From contig DKGH01000188.1 of assembly GCA_002453165.1 (NCBI GenBank), forward strand, positions 1-30,534: a DNA stretch of 30,534 nucleotides, read 5' to 3'. This DNA is from Verrucomicrobia bacterium UBA6775. GTDB taxonomy: Bacteria; Verrucomicrobiota; Verrucomicrobiia; Limisphaerales; UBA1096. Position 1 is the stretch's first letter. Each line of letters starts with the position of its first letter. A program made the translations under genes and the position numbers. Below, piece after piece: positions 1-8,608 of this stretch. Below the pieces are notes generated by a model that had not been told where the DNA came from, made no database searches, and saw only the letters and a program-made list of their open reading frames with translations.

Positions 1-2045
1 AGCTTGGCCAAGTCGACCTCCAAGGTCGCTTCCTTTTGATCCTTCTTCACTTCCAGTTCGCCCAATTTGTCCAACTGGGATACGCCGTATGCCTTGAGTT
101 TGAAGTTCGCGGTGAATTCCCCATGCCGCTCGATGCCAAGCGGAATCTTCACCTTGCCGTTCGCTGGAGCCTTGAACAGCGCTTGGCCAACCGGTGCCAC
201 TCGCACTGGCTCGGGATCGCTGCCATTCACCGACAACACACTGCCCTTGGCCAAGCGCGCCAAGACAGGCTCATTATTGTAATCGCCGACACGATGACGA
301 GTGACCGTGGTCGAGGCAGGCACTTCTACCGGCTTCCCCCCGATCTCGGCCTGGCCTACGAATCGTATTTCACCCGTAAAAGCTTCCTCCGCACTCTCGT
401 TCATCAGGTGCGCGGTAATGGCACCCTGCCCCTGCTTGATCTCATCATTCCTCAACCTGACCCCCTTCGGCAGGTTTTGGGTTTGAATCTTGATCGGCCC
501 GTTGAAGTTGCCACTTCGGATTGCCACAAATCGAATCGGCAAACTGGAGCCCTTACGGAGGTGTGTTGCCATCAACTCAATATTTCGCTTGTCCTTCGCC
601 ACCGGTACGGTCTGTGGATGAACGAGCAGCTTAAAACCGGGGGTCTCCCGCCGAACAGAAACAAGGTAGGTCTTGAATGAATCATCCGAGGCCTGGTTAA
701 ATAAGTCGCGCAATTCAACCCGCAGGTAGCCGTCGGACTTTGCCTGAAACCGCCACGACACGTCGCGGTTGGTCATGTTAAATTCACGACCACCCGGATT
801 GGTTTTCAACTCGTAAAACTCATTGGCCTTCTCAGGACTCTCCTTACCATCCGCAGCAACGTTTACTACCTGTGCTGTGACGTACGGATTCGTGTTATGC
901 CCCAACCGTTGTGAGTGGACGTCCAGCCAGTATACGCCGTCCTTTTTCACTGGGAACCTGTACACGTCCACATCCCGCGCCGGGAAAAACCGACCGGCTA
1001 GCACCCCCGGTGAAGACACCTGTTGCGGTTTTGCTTGGTTTTCGACGTCATCCTTTTCAAGTGTGATCGCTTGACCGTTCGCATGGGCGATGAAAAACGG
1101 ATTGCTCACCGACGATCCGGATGCCAAGCGGTACACGCCCCCGTCCAAAACGATTGATGCGGGAGGCAAAATGACACCACCCGGCAACGCGGCCCGAGCC
1201 AAATCCCCAGCCCGAACAACCAGTTTTTCAAGCGACCGGCCGTCCGCGCCCTTTTTATTAGATGGCACCGAATTGGGAAGATTCCTGCCGTACAGCGTCA
1301 CCGCCGATTCCTTCAAGTCACTGAGCACTGGCGGGTAGACGAAGTCAATGTGCAAGCCAGTCGTAATTTCCAACCGAAAGAAATGCTCCTGCCCCCCGGC
1401 GAATGCGGTATCATGGACTTGAATAAATAAATCTGCGTCCCCGGCCGGGATATGATCGATCAAGCCATCCGCTCCGGCGCGTTTCAAACGACCGCCAGTG
1501 GCGTCCCTCAAATACACAACCGGATCCAATCTTGAGTCAAGCGCCTCCGCCGAGAGTCGCAGCAGTAAACGCTGATCCTTTTTCGCGGGTAACCTGAACC
1601 ATGCGGACTGTCTCGCAATGGCGACTCCGTTCACGACAGATAGGGCACGTACAGCGAAGGCTGCCGCCATGCTGGTGTTGTTTCCGGGGCTGCTTAATTC
1701 ATCGAGCGGGCCAACAGAAAACGGCCTCGGATTCGACACCCCGAACGCTCCGATGTAACGAACCTCGTAGACACCGGACGGTACTTCTGCCGCCGCCTTT
1801 ACCCGGAATTTATTCTCTCCCGGCTTGATCAGTTCGGCACTGATACCTGAGTGGGAAAAATAAAGACCGGTCGCCCCCTCCAAATCTCCACCGAATGCAG
1901 TGATCACCGTCTCTCCACCGGCTTGGCAGCCCAAAGGAAAGACGGCGGTCAATCGTGACGTTGGCAGTTGGCCAAGCGCTTGGCCAAGCGCGCCAAGCAA
2001 CAGCAGGCCAACAAGCGAACACCGGGAAAAGAATCGAAAAGCCAT
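1..2045 (-). CDS. Secreted hypothetical protein, 3'-partial (runs off the window start), with a signal peptide and PPC-like beta-sandwich segments
   Basis: Absent from the ORF track because it has no stop inside the window. Hand translation of the minus strand from ATG at 2045 gives 681 codons to position 3 with no stop (MAFRFFSRCSLVGLLLLGALGQALGQLPTS...LEVDLAK). The N-terminus is hydrophobic and signal-like. Segments such as ARDVDVYRFPVKKDGVYWLDVHS resemble pre-peptidase C-terminal (PPC) domains. The + strand ORFs at 36..2094 are short shadow ORFs. Confidence 0.8.
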   Translation of the reverse strand, partial: MAFRFFSRCSLVGLLLLGALGQALGQLPTSRLTAVFPLGCQAGGETVITAFGGDLEGATGLYFSHSGISAELIKPGENKFRVKAAAEVPSGVYEVRYIGAFGVSNPRPFSVGPLDELSSPGNNTSMAAAFAVRALSVVNGVAIARQSAWFRLPAKKDQRLLLRLSAEALDSRLDPVVYLRDATGGRLKRAGADGLIDHIPAGDADLFIQVHDTAFAGGQEHFFRLEITTGLHIDFVYPPVLSDLKESAVTLYGRNLPNSVPSNKKGADGRSLEKLVVRAGDLARAALPGGVILPPASIVLDGGVYRLASGSSVSNPFFIAHANGQAITLEKDDVENQAKPQQVSSPGVLAGRFFPARDVDVYRFPVKKDGVYWLDVHSQRLGHNTNPYVTAQVVNVAADGKESPEKANEFYELKTNPGGREFNMTNRDVSWRFQAKSDGYLRVELRDLFNQASDDSFKTYLVSVRRETPGFKLLVHPQTVPVAKDKRNIELMATHLRKGSSLPIRFVAIRSGNFNGPIKIQTQNLPKGVRLRNDEIKQGQGAITAHLMNESAEEAFTGEIRFVGQAEIGGKPVEVPASTTVTRHRVGDYNNEPVLARLAKGSVLSVNGSDPEPVRVAPVGQALFKAPANGKVKIPLGIERHGEFTANFKLKAYGVSQLDKLGELEVKKDQKEATLEVDLAK
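1968..1991. repeat. Tandem dimer of the iterated palindrome (TTGGCCAAGCGCTTGGCCAAGCGC) inside the signal-peptide coding region
   Basis: Read directly from the sequence. Cores are at 1968 and 1980, and 1976..1991 is a perfect GCGCTTGGCCAAGCGC. The gene frame translates it as ALGQALGQ. Confidence 0.95.
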
Positions 2046-2056
2046 GCTCATTAATA

Positions 2057-2070
2057 CGCTTGGCCAAGCG
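2057..2070. repeat. Single intergenic palindrome copy CGCTTGGCCAAGCG
   Basis: Perfect 14-nt palindrome in the 45-bp gap between the stop at 2091 (minus) and the next minus-strand start at 2045. Confidence 0.95.
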
Positions 2071-2090
2071 GCAGCATTCAACGCAACAAC

Positions 2091-4595
2091 TTAGTGGTTG
2101 AAGAGAAATTCCTTGGTGTTCACCAAGGCCCAGAGGATGTCCTCGAATCGCTCCTTGGTTTTGTCCACCGGCTTGCCGTCTTTGTCCACGGCCTCGCGAT
2201 TCAGATAACCCACCGCCACATCGACCTCCTCCTTGCGGGGCAGTCTCGCGAATGCCCGGTAGTAGAGGCTGTTGAGTTTCATTTCATGACTGCTCTCCTT
2301 GTCGGACGCCAGTTCTGCCGCTCGGCCATCTTTCCGAGCCAATTGTTCGTGGATGTTCTTCGCGTTAAACAGGTGAAGACTTTGGGCAAGGCTGGCCTCC
2401 TGTGATCGTTCGCATTCGCAGGCACTGGATGAGTCCGGCCGACCGAACACGCTCAGGAAATAATTCGAGCTGTTGTAGCTGTTGTCCGGCAGACACACCG
2501 CTCGGGTGCCCACCGGTAGGCCGCTGAAATCGCTCTTGGCCAAAATCAAGTCATTCAACGAATCGTAGAGCACCTCCGCCGTCAGGCGCTTGGGCTGGAA
2601 ACGCGAGAAGTAGTGCTTGTCCTTTGCGTTGTGCTCGTTGGGCACGGAACTGAACTGGTAAGTGGTCGAAGTGGTGATTACCCGGACAAGTTCCTTCAGG
2701 TCGTAATTTGATTTCTCAAAATGATTCGCCAACTCATCCAGCAAGGCCGGATGGGTCGCCGGGTTTGTGGAACGAAAATCATCCTCGGGATCAACAAGCC
2801 CGCGACCAAAGAAATGTTTCCAGTAACGGTTCACGAGCGTCTTGGAGAACAGGCGATTGTCATCGACCTTCATCCAGTCGACCAAGCGATGCCGGGGATC
2901 TTCGACTGCCGCGATCGCCAACTCGCCCGAGCCCAACCCGGCCGGCTTGACCGGCTTGTTGGTTTTCTTGTTTGTCACCTGTGCGACGCCGGCGCGGTGG
3001 AAAATCATGTCCTCCCCGGGGCGACCGGCGTTTGCCTTGCCCACTCGCGAGAAAAACGCCATGAAGCTGTAGTAATCGTTTTGCGACCATTTCTCGAACG
3101 GATGATGGTGGCACTGGGCACACTGCAGGCGAGTGCCAAGGAACAACTGCGCCGTGTCCTCCATTTGGGCCTGCTGCGAGTTGACCTGCTTGAACCAGAC
3201 CGTCGGCGGGCTTTGTTTGATGTCTCCCGACGCGGCGAGAATCTCGCGCACAAAACGATCGTACGGCTTGTTATTGTAAAAACTCTCCTTGATCCAATCG
3301 TAAAACGCCATAGTGGTTTTCAACTGTGCCCCGTTGGCTCGCTTGTTGCGAAGGAGCGACGACCACTTGTTGGCGAAAAACTCGGCGTACTCCTCCGTCC
3401 TCAGCAGGCGCTCTACCAAAGCGGTTCGTTTGTCGGGCGACTTGTCTGCGGCGAATGCCTTCGCCTCGTCCACCGTGGGTAACCGCCCTGTGATGTCGAG
3501 TGTCACACGACGGAGAAAGGTCGAATTGTCCGCCACAGCCGAGGGTGGCATGCCCACTTTTTTCAACTTTGCGAAAATGAACTTGTCAACGAAATTCTGC
3601 TCGGATGGCAAACTCTCGACAGGCGCTCCCAGCGGAACCGACGCCCGAAAAACGGATGCCTTGTCCTGGTAACGAATCATCACTGCTATCTCACCGGGAT
3701 GATTTCCCGCAGTCACCAAGCCGGTGTTGTCGGCCTCGGCGAATTCGCGATCGTTCGCTTCGTACACGGCCGAGTGGGTGATGTCTTCCACTGAACCGTC
3801 AGTCATCCGCGCCAACACCACGAGTTGCTGCTGTGCGCCTGGCTTCATCACGCGCTCGGCAGGGTGCACCTCGATCGCGTCCAGCTTGGGATCGGTCGGC
3901 TTGCCGTAGGGCATGCCCTGTCGCATCCACTTGACGATCATCTTGTAGTCAAATGAGCCGGCATCAATCCGTGATCCGCCGCCGTGCGGCAACTGGCCGC
4001 TGGCTTTCAGCAAAAGCAGACTGCGCTCCGGCGCGGCCGGAAAGATGCGCCGCCCGCGCGCCTCGCGGAGTAGATACTCGTAATCCTCCGGTGGCTCGAA
4101 GCCGAGCAGCGAGAGTTTGAATCCGTTCTGGCCGCCGGACTTTCCGTGGCAGCCGCCCCCGTTGCAGCCGTGCTTGGTGAACAACGGCACGATGGAGTTT
4201 GAAAAATTGACCTGTTTTTCGAGCGCGGCGTTTTTGACCTCGAACGGGATGGATGCCTTTTCGCCAGTCTCGGTCTCGACAGTAATCTGCCCTACCCCGT
4301 TCACGACCGGCTCGACCAATCCATTGGTAACCCGAACCAGCCCTTCTGGCTGGGTCGTCACCCTGACCGTGCGAGTGTGGTCGACGAGAAAACCGTCCGG
4401 CAACGATTCGGTGACGAGCAGTTGCTGTCTCGCGTCAGAGCCATCGAGCACGACGCGCTCTAGCGACTTGCCACCCCAACCTGGAGTGGCGACCTGAATT
4501 GCGGCGTTTAGTGATGCAAGACTCAGCAGGCAAACGACGAACACACCTGCTAAACCTGCAATCCTCCTTGAAATTGCTGTTAATCCAACAGACAT
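2091..4595 (-). CDS. PSCyt2 (DUF1549) / PSD1 (DUF1553) domain protein with an N-terminal Ig-like domain
   Basis: The track ORF is 2091..4658. The likely start is the internal ATG at 4595 (MSVGLTAISRRIAGLAGVFVVCLLSLASLNA, a signal/anchor). It has an Ig-like segment and a CNGGGCHG motif. CAQCHHHPFEKW is typical of DUF1549, and the C-terminal FGRPDSSSACECERSQEASLAQSLHLFN is typical of DUF1553. Confidence 0.85.
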   Translation of the reverse strand: MSVGLTAISRRIAGLAGVFVVCLLSLASLNAAIQVATPGWGGKSLERVVLDGSDARQQLLVTESLPDGFLVDHTRTVRVTTQPEGLVRVTNGLVEPVVNGVGQITVETETGEKASIPFEVKNAALEKQVNFSNSIVPLFTKHGCNGGGCHGKSGGQNGFKLSLLGFEPPEDYEYLLREARGRRIFPAAPERSLLLLKASGQLPHGGGSRIDAGSFDYKMIVKWMRQGMPYGKPTDPKLDAIEVHPAERVMKPGAQQQLVVLARMTDGSVEDITHSAVYEANDREFAEADNTGLVTAGNHPGEIAVMIRYQDKASVFRASVPLGAPVESLPSEQNFVDKFIFAKLKKVGMPPSAVADNSTFLRRVTLDITGRLPTVDEAKAFAADKSPDKRTALVERLLRTEEYAEFFANKWSSLLRNKRANGAQLKTTMAFYDWIKESFYNNKPYDRFVREILAASGDIKQSPPTVWFKQVNSQQAQMEDTAQLFLGTRLQCAQCHHHPFEKWSQNDYYSFMAFFSRVGKANAGRPGEDMIFHRAGVAQVTNKKTNKPVKPAGLGSGELAIAAVEDPRHRLVDWMKVDDNRLFSKTLVNRYWKHFFGRGLVDPEDDFRSTNPATHPALLDELANHFEKSNYDLKELVRVITTSTTYQFSSVPNEHNAKDKHYFSRFQPKRLTAEVLYDSLNDLILAKSDFSGLPVGTRAVCLPDNSYNSSNYFLSVFGRPDSSSACECERSQEASLAQSLHLFNAKNIHEQLARKDGRAAELASDKESSHEMKLNSLYYRAFARLPRKEEVDVAVGYLNREAVDKDGKPVDKTKERFEDILWALVNTKEFLFNH

Positions 4596-4661
4596 AGGTT
4601 TTGGGAAACATCCGCGAATTTCGGGTAGATGCAAGCGGAAAAATGCGCTTGGGCACATAGC

Positions 4662-5276
4662 TCAATGAAGTACGGGAAGGTCGCTAGGCTGCACCACCAG
4701 CTCCGCATCCAGTTCGAGATAGAATTCGAGGCGCCGCTCAGTCTCCAATTCGTCGATACGCTTGGCCATGAGCAGGTACGAGGCGTAGTGATTTCCCTCC
4801 GACTTCACCAAATCGCCATAAAACTTGGCCAAGCGCTGGTCCACCGAGGCCAATGCCACCGCGAGAATCTGAAATTTCTCGCAACTCCGCCCCTCAATCA
4901 TCGCCGCGCAGAGCAAATGATCGATCACCTGCTCGTTCCGCCCCCTGCGAACCGAGTTCATCATGCCGGAAATCCAAGGGCTGGAGATCGCTTGGCCAAG
5001 CGCCATCCCCCTGTCATCCAGTATCTTAAGCACCAAGTTGAAATGCTCCAACTCCTCGATGGCGATCTCCGTCAACTCAGGCAGCGAGTCCGCCAACTGC
5101 TGATACCGTTGGAGTTTCAGGGCCGATTGCGCCGCTTTTCTCTCCAAATGGGCATGATCGACCAGCACGGCATCCAAGTTTGCTAGCACCTTGGTCAGCC
5201 ACGATTCCGGAGGTTTTGCTCGGAGCATCAACATCGCTACACCGCAAGCGCGGCGGGCGAACAGTACGGCAGTCAT
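4662..5276 (-). CDS. miaE: tRNA-(ms2io6A37) hydroxylase MiaE-like di-iron protein
   Basis: The C-terminal 200 aa of track ORF 4662..5597 match my recollection of MiaE: LVDHAHLERKAAQSAL, IEELEHF, LLCAAMIEGRSCEKF and SEGNHYASY, which are paired E..H-type di-iron motifs. The 5277..5597 extension overlaps rpmH antisense and is low-complexity. Start chosen at ATG 5276; ATG 5234 or 5228 are also possible. Confidence 0.75.
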   Translation of the reverse strand: MTAVLFARRACGVAMLMLRAKPPESWLTKVLANLDAVLVDHAHLERKAAQSALKLQRYQQLADSLPELTEIAIEELEHFNLVLKILDDRGMALGQAISSPWISGMMNSVRRGRNEQVIDHLLCAAMIEGRSCEKFQILAVALASVDQRLAKFYGDLVKSEGNHYASYLLMAKRIDELETERRLEFYLELDAELVVQPSDLPVLH

Positions 5277-5337
5277 CCCTCGAATGGCAAATCCCGGAAA
5301 AAATCCGGTTTTTTGAGTGATTACGGGATTCTGGTGC

Positions 5338-5365
5338 TTGACAGTCGGCTTGTTACTGCTAGTTT
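5338..5365 (+). promoter_or_regulatory. Candidate sigma70-like promoter upstream of rpmH (TTGACA, 16 nt spacer, TAGTTT)
   Basis: TTGACA at 5338..5343 and TAGTTT at 5360..5365, about 110 nt upstream of the rpmH ATG in a 200-bp divergent intergenic region. The -10 match is weak and promoter consensus in this lineage is uncertain. Confidence 0.25.
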
Positions 5366-5476
5366 TCTTTCCCTTTTTCCGAGCGAAAGAGGGGAAACAG
5401 GGGATGCACCATGTGGCGCACAGACGACTTTGAACCACATTCTTCCCGCTCACTGGGGAGATTTTTTTAGATTCAG

Positions 5477-5614
5477 ATGAAACAAACATTCCAGCCGTCG
5501 AACATCCGACGCAAACGCAGGCACGGTTTTCGCGCACGTATGGCCACCAAGGCAGGTCGCAAGATTTTGGCCGGTCGCCGCGCGCGCGGTCGGGCACGAC
5601 TCACTCCCGCCTAA
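5477..5614 (+). CDS. rpmH: 50S ribosomal protein L34
   Basis: Hand translation gives [45 protein letters not shown] (45 aa), the classic L34 sequence pattern. It lies immediately upstream of rnpA. It is too short for the ORF track. Confidence 0.95.
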   Translation: MKQTFQPSNIRRKRRHGFRARMATKAGRKILAGRRARGRARLTPA

Positions 5615-5629
5615 GCCCTTCCGGCATCC

Positions 5630-6034
5630 ATGACGGCCTCCGGCCAAACTGAGATTTTTCCTAAGTCCAGCCGTATCCAAGCCAGCGCGGATTTCCGGGC
5701 CAACCGGGAAAACGGTCAGCGCTTGGCCAAGGGCTGTCTTTTGGCCAATTGGCAAACGCTACCGCCGAATTCTCCCTCCCGCCTAGGGGTGGTCACCAGT
5801 CGCCGTGTCGGCAAAGCGACAATTCGAAACCAAGCTCGTCGCATGATGCGCGAATGTTTTCGACTGCATCACGGCGAGTTACTCAAACGGGTTGATTTGG
5901 TTTTGGTCGCAAGACAGTCCATCGCCAATCGGGGGTTCCGGGCTGTGGAGAGGGATTTTCTCCGCTTGCTGAAAAAGACCGGCCTCCTGCCCAACTCGTC
6001 CGGCCCGGCCTACCCGGCGACAGACTCCAATTGA
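5630..6034 (+). CDS. rnpA: Ribonuclease P protein component
   Basis: [28 protein letters not shown] matches the RnpA RNR motif region. It sits in the conserved rpmH-rnpA-yidD-yidC order. Confidence 0.9.
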   Translation: MTASGQTEIFPKSSRIQASADFRANRENGQRLAKGCLLANWQTLPPNSPSRLGVVTSRRVGKATIRNQARRMMRECFRLHHGELLKRVDLVLVARQSIANRGFRAVERDFLRLLKKTGLLPNSSGPAYPATDSN

Positions 6035-6309
6035 TGAATCCGCTGCAACATCTTCTTTTGCTGATGATCCGTTTTTACCGTCTGGTTTTGTCCCCGGCTA
6101 AGAATGCCCTGCTTGGTCCGGGCGGTTCCTGTCGTTTTTCACCAACCTGCTCTGCGTATGCAGTGGACGCCATCAAGGCCCACGGCGCGCTGCGTGGCAG
6201 CTGGCTTGGGCTCCGCCGAATCGTGCGTTGTCATCCGTGGGGTGGATGCGGGCATGATCCCGTCCCGGCCAAGTGGACTGAGCTTGGCCAAGCCAAGACC
6301 TCTCGTTAA
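6034..6309 (+). CDS. yidD: Membrane protein insertion efficiency factor YidD
   Basis: [10 protein letters not shown]...[46 protein letters not shown] is a typical YidD sequence. ATG 6034 shares one nt with the rnpA TGA. The track start at 6031 is TTG in the same frame. Confidence 0.9.
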   Translation: MNPLQHLLLLMIRFYRLVLSPAKNALLGPGGSCRFSPTCSAYAVDAIKAHGALRGSWLGLRRIVRCHPWGGCGHDPVPAKWTELGQAKTSR

Positions 6310-6324
6310 TAGAAATAGACTTTC

Positions 6325-8094
6325 ATGGATCGTACCGGAATCATCGTTGTCACCATCTGCGTCATTCTGCTTTTCCTGACTTGGCCGGAGATGCCGCAGC
6401 GCCCGCAGCAACCGCAGCCTGTGACAACCTCCACCAATGCGGTTGGCACCAACGTGGTCCAGCAACCGGTACAACCGGCCGCCGCCCCCCTGCCTTCCAC
6501 TCCGGGGATCAAACCATCCGTCGAGTTGGAGTCGGAAAAACTGGTCACGCTGGAGACTGAGGATTCAGTATACACATTCACCTCGGCTGGCGGACTGAAA
6601 ACGGTGGGGCTGAACCATCACGAAGCCAAGCCTTGCAGCAGTACGAATCAAGCGGATGTGATTCACTTAAATCACGGAGTGGATTTGCCAGTGTTTTCGC
6701 TGAACGGCCTCGAGGACTCGGAGTTCAGCATCGATCGCGATGGAGGACTTGTCACAATGGTTTCCACCAATCAGGCTGGCATCCGAATCACAAAACAATT
6801 TGTGGCCGGCACCAATTATCTACTCCATACAAGCATCAAGCTGGAAAATAAAGGGAGTGAATCGGTAAAATTGAACCCCTCGAAACTGGTACTCGGCACA
6901 GCGATGCCTCTCCGGCCCGATGACACATATCCGGTCTGGGGCACCCAATGGCACAACGGCGAGGACTTGGAGGAGATCGACGAGGGATGGTTCGCCAATC
7001 GCACGCTGGGCTGCTTCCCGGGCACGCCGCGTGCGCAGTTCGTTTCCCCACCGCAAGCCCCGATCAATTGGGGCGGTGTGCACAATCGTTTTTTTGCGAT
7101 GACCACCATGCCGAAAACACAGCTGCCCGGCGCACGGATTCATTCTCAAAAAACAACCAACCACCGGTTGCTAAACGACATCCCGACCGAAGGGCAGTAC
7201 GTTCATCATGCCGGAATTCTGGCTACCCTCGAGTTGCCGCATAGCGAGCTTGAGGCCGGCAGCGCCGTGACGCACGAGTTCACTACATACGCCGGCCCGA
7301 AGGAGTACCGCACACTGGTGGCACACGGTGTGGCCGAGAATAACTCGCTTCAGTCAGTGATGGGGTTTGACGGTTTCTTTGGTTTCTTTGCCCGCGTCCT
7401 GTTGCGATCGATGAACGGGTTGAACGGGTTTGGCCTGTCGTACGCCTGGAGCATCATCGCAATCACCATCATCATCAAAATATTATTCTGGCCGCTGACC
7501 AAGGCCAGCACCGTCTCGATGAAACGCATGTCCGCCTACCAACCGCAGATGGCCGATATACGCGAAAAGTACAAGAGCGACCCGCAAAAGATGAACCGCA
7601 AGATCATGGAGTTCATGCGGGAACACAAAATCAATCCGATGGGAGGTTGTCTCCCGATCCTTATTCAGCTCCCGGTTTTCTTTGGTTTCTTCACGATGCT
7701 CCGCAGTGCGGTGGAATTGCGCGGGGCTGAGTTTCTCTGGATTTGTGATCTGTCTGAGTCCGACACAGTGGCACACATCTTCGGCTTCCCGATCAACCCA
7801 ATGCCGATGCTCATGGCGGTTACCATGCTGGTTCAAGCCCGGTTGACACCGACCTCCCCCACCATGGATCCCATGCAGCAGAAAATGATGAAGTACATGC
7901 CATTGATTTTCATCGTGATCCTATACAATTTCTCCTCTGGCCTGACCCTTTACTGGACGGTGCAAAACATGTTGAGCATCCTGCAGACCAAACTCACCCG
8001 GAACATCGTTGTAGACGTTCCGGATGCGAACACCGCCAACGCAGCCTTGGCCAAGCCGATCAAGGCCAAGCCGAAAAACAAACGTAAAAAATAA
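6325..8094 (+). CDS. yidC: Membrane protein insertase YidC
   Basis: 589 aa with an N-terminal anchor and a large periplasmic domain. The C-terminal 60-kDa insertase core includes WSIIAITIIIKILFWPL, NPMGGCLPILIQLPVFFGFF and a basic tail. Synteny supports the call. Confidence 0.95.
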   Translation: MDRTGIIVVTICVILLFLTWPEMPQRPQQPQPVTTSTNAVGTNVVQQPVQPAAAPLPSTPGIKPSVELESEKLVTLETEDSVYTFTSAGGLKTVGLNHHEAKPCSSTNQADVIHLNHGVDLPVFSLNGLEDSEFSIDRDGGLVTMVSTNQAGIRITKQFVAGTNYLLHTSIKLENKGSESVKLNPSKLVLGTAMPLRPDDTYPVWGTQWHNGEDLEEIDEGWFANRTLGCFPGTPRAQFVSPPQAPINWGGVHNRFFAMTTMPKTQLPGARIHSQKTTNHRLLNDIPTEGQYVHHAGILATLELPHSELEAGSAVTHEFTTYAGPKEYRTLVAHGVAENNSLQSVMGFDGFFGFFARVLLRSMNGLNGFGLSYAWSIIAITIIIKILFWPLTKASTVSMKRMSAYQPQMADIREKYKSDPQKMNRKIMEFMREHKINPMGGCLPILIQLPVFFGFFTMLRSAVELRGAEFLWICDLSESDTVAHIFGFPINPMPMLMAVTMLVQARLTPTSPTMDPMQQKMMKYMPLIFIVILYNFSSGLTLYWTVQNMLSILQTKLTRNIVVDVPDANTANAALAKPIKAKPKNKRKK

Positions 8095-8108
8095 TTTCCC
8101 ATCATATC

Positions 8109-8570
8109 ATGAGCGAATCCACTCAAGACCCCAAGGCACTCCTCGAGTCCATCCTGAATAATCTCGGTTTCGAGACTACCGTTGAGGAGAAGGACAAGGA
8201 CGGAAGCAAAGTACTCGACATCCAGGCACCGGAGGATTCCGGTCGACTGATCGGTCGCAAGGGCCAGACGCTCTTCGACCTGCAGTACATCCTCAACCGC
8301 ATCCTGTTTCAACAGGACGAAAACGCGGACAAGGTGCTGGTCGATGTGGCCGGGTATCGATTCAGCGAGCAGGACAAACTCGTCGACAAGGCGATCAAGG
8401 CCGCAGATCAGGTTCGTCGCTGGGGCGACATTGTCGAACTGGAGCCGATGAACTCCTACGATCGTCGTATCATCCACAACGCGCTCAAGGACGATCCCGA
8501 CATCGAGACACACAGCGTCGAGGTCGACGGCACCCACGACAAGGCGATCATCCTTCGCCCGAAGAGCTAA
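8109..8570 (+). CDS. jag: Jag/KhpB-type RNA-binding protein (KH + R3H domains)
   Basis: It has a KH-like GRLIGRKGQTLFDLQYIL segment and an R3H-like MNSYDRRIIHNALKD segment. It sits directly downstream of yidC, as in many bacteria. Confidence 0.85.
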   Translation: MSESTQDPKALLESILNNLGFETTVEEKDKDGSKVLDIQAPEDSGRLIGRKGQTLFDLQYILNRILFQQDENADKVLVDVAGYRFSEQDKLVDKAIKAADQVRRWGDIVELEPMNSYDRRIIHNALKDDPDIETHSVEVDGTHDKAIILRPKS

Positions 8571-8581
8571 TTCCTTTTCAA

Positions 8582-8608
8582 GCGCTTGGCCAAGCGCTTG
8601 GCCAAGCG
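8582..8608. repeat. Intergenic tandem dimer of the palindrome (GCGCTTGGCCAAGCGCTTGGCCAAGCG)
   Basis: Cores at 8586 and 8598. Positions 8583..8608 form a 26-nt perfect palindrome (11-bp stem, 4-nt loop possible). It starts 12 nt after the jag stop and ends 12 nt before the thrS ATG. Confidence 0.95.

Noticed and set aside
36-2094. The + strand ORFs in the track (36..680, 823..1074, 1090..1338, 1601..1828, 1900..2094) and the minus ORF at 1810..2067
   Set aside because: They are short, fragmented and low-complexity (Arg/Pro/Ser-rich). The region is covered by one uninterrupted 681-codon minus-strand frame with a signal peptide, so these are shadow ORFs.
5277-5476. A replication origin (oriC) next to rpmH/rnpA
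   Set aside because: There is no dnaA gene in the window. I saw no cluster of DnaA boxes and no AT-rich unwinding repeats in the gap. One loose TAATCCACC-like match lies inside rodA and is isolated.
5277-5597. The N-terminal 107 codons of track ORF 4662..5597
   Set aside because: This stretch is antisense to the unmistakable rpmH gene and has no MiaE similarity. The MiaE-like sequence starts near ATG 5276.
8582-8608. The tandem 12-bp repeats (also at 1968, 12064, 16003 and 26297) considered as CRISPR arrays
   Set aside because: There are only two directly abutting units with no spacers, the repeat is far shorter than CRISPR repeats, and there are no cas genes or leader. Single copies are scattered through coding DNA.
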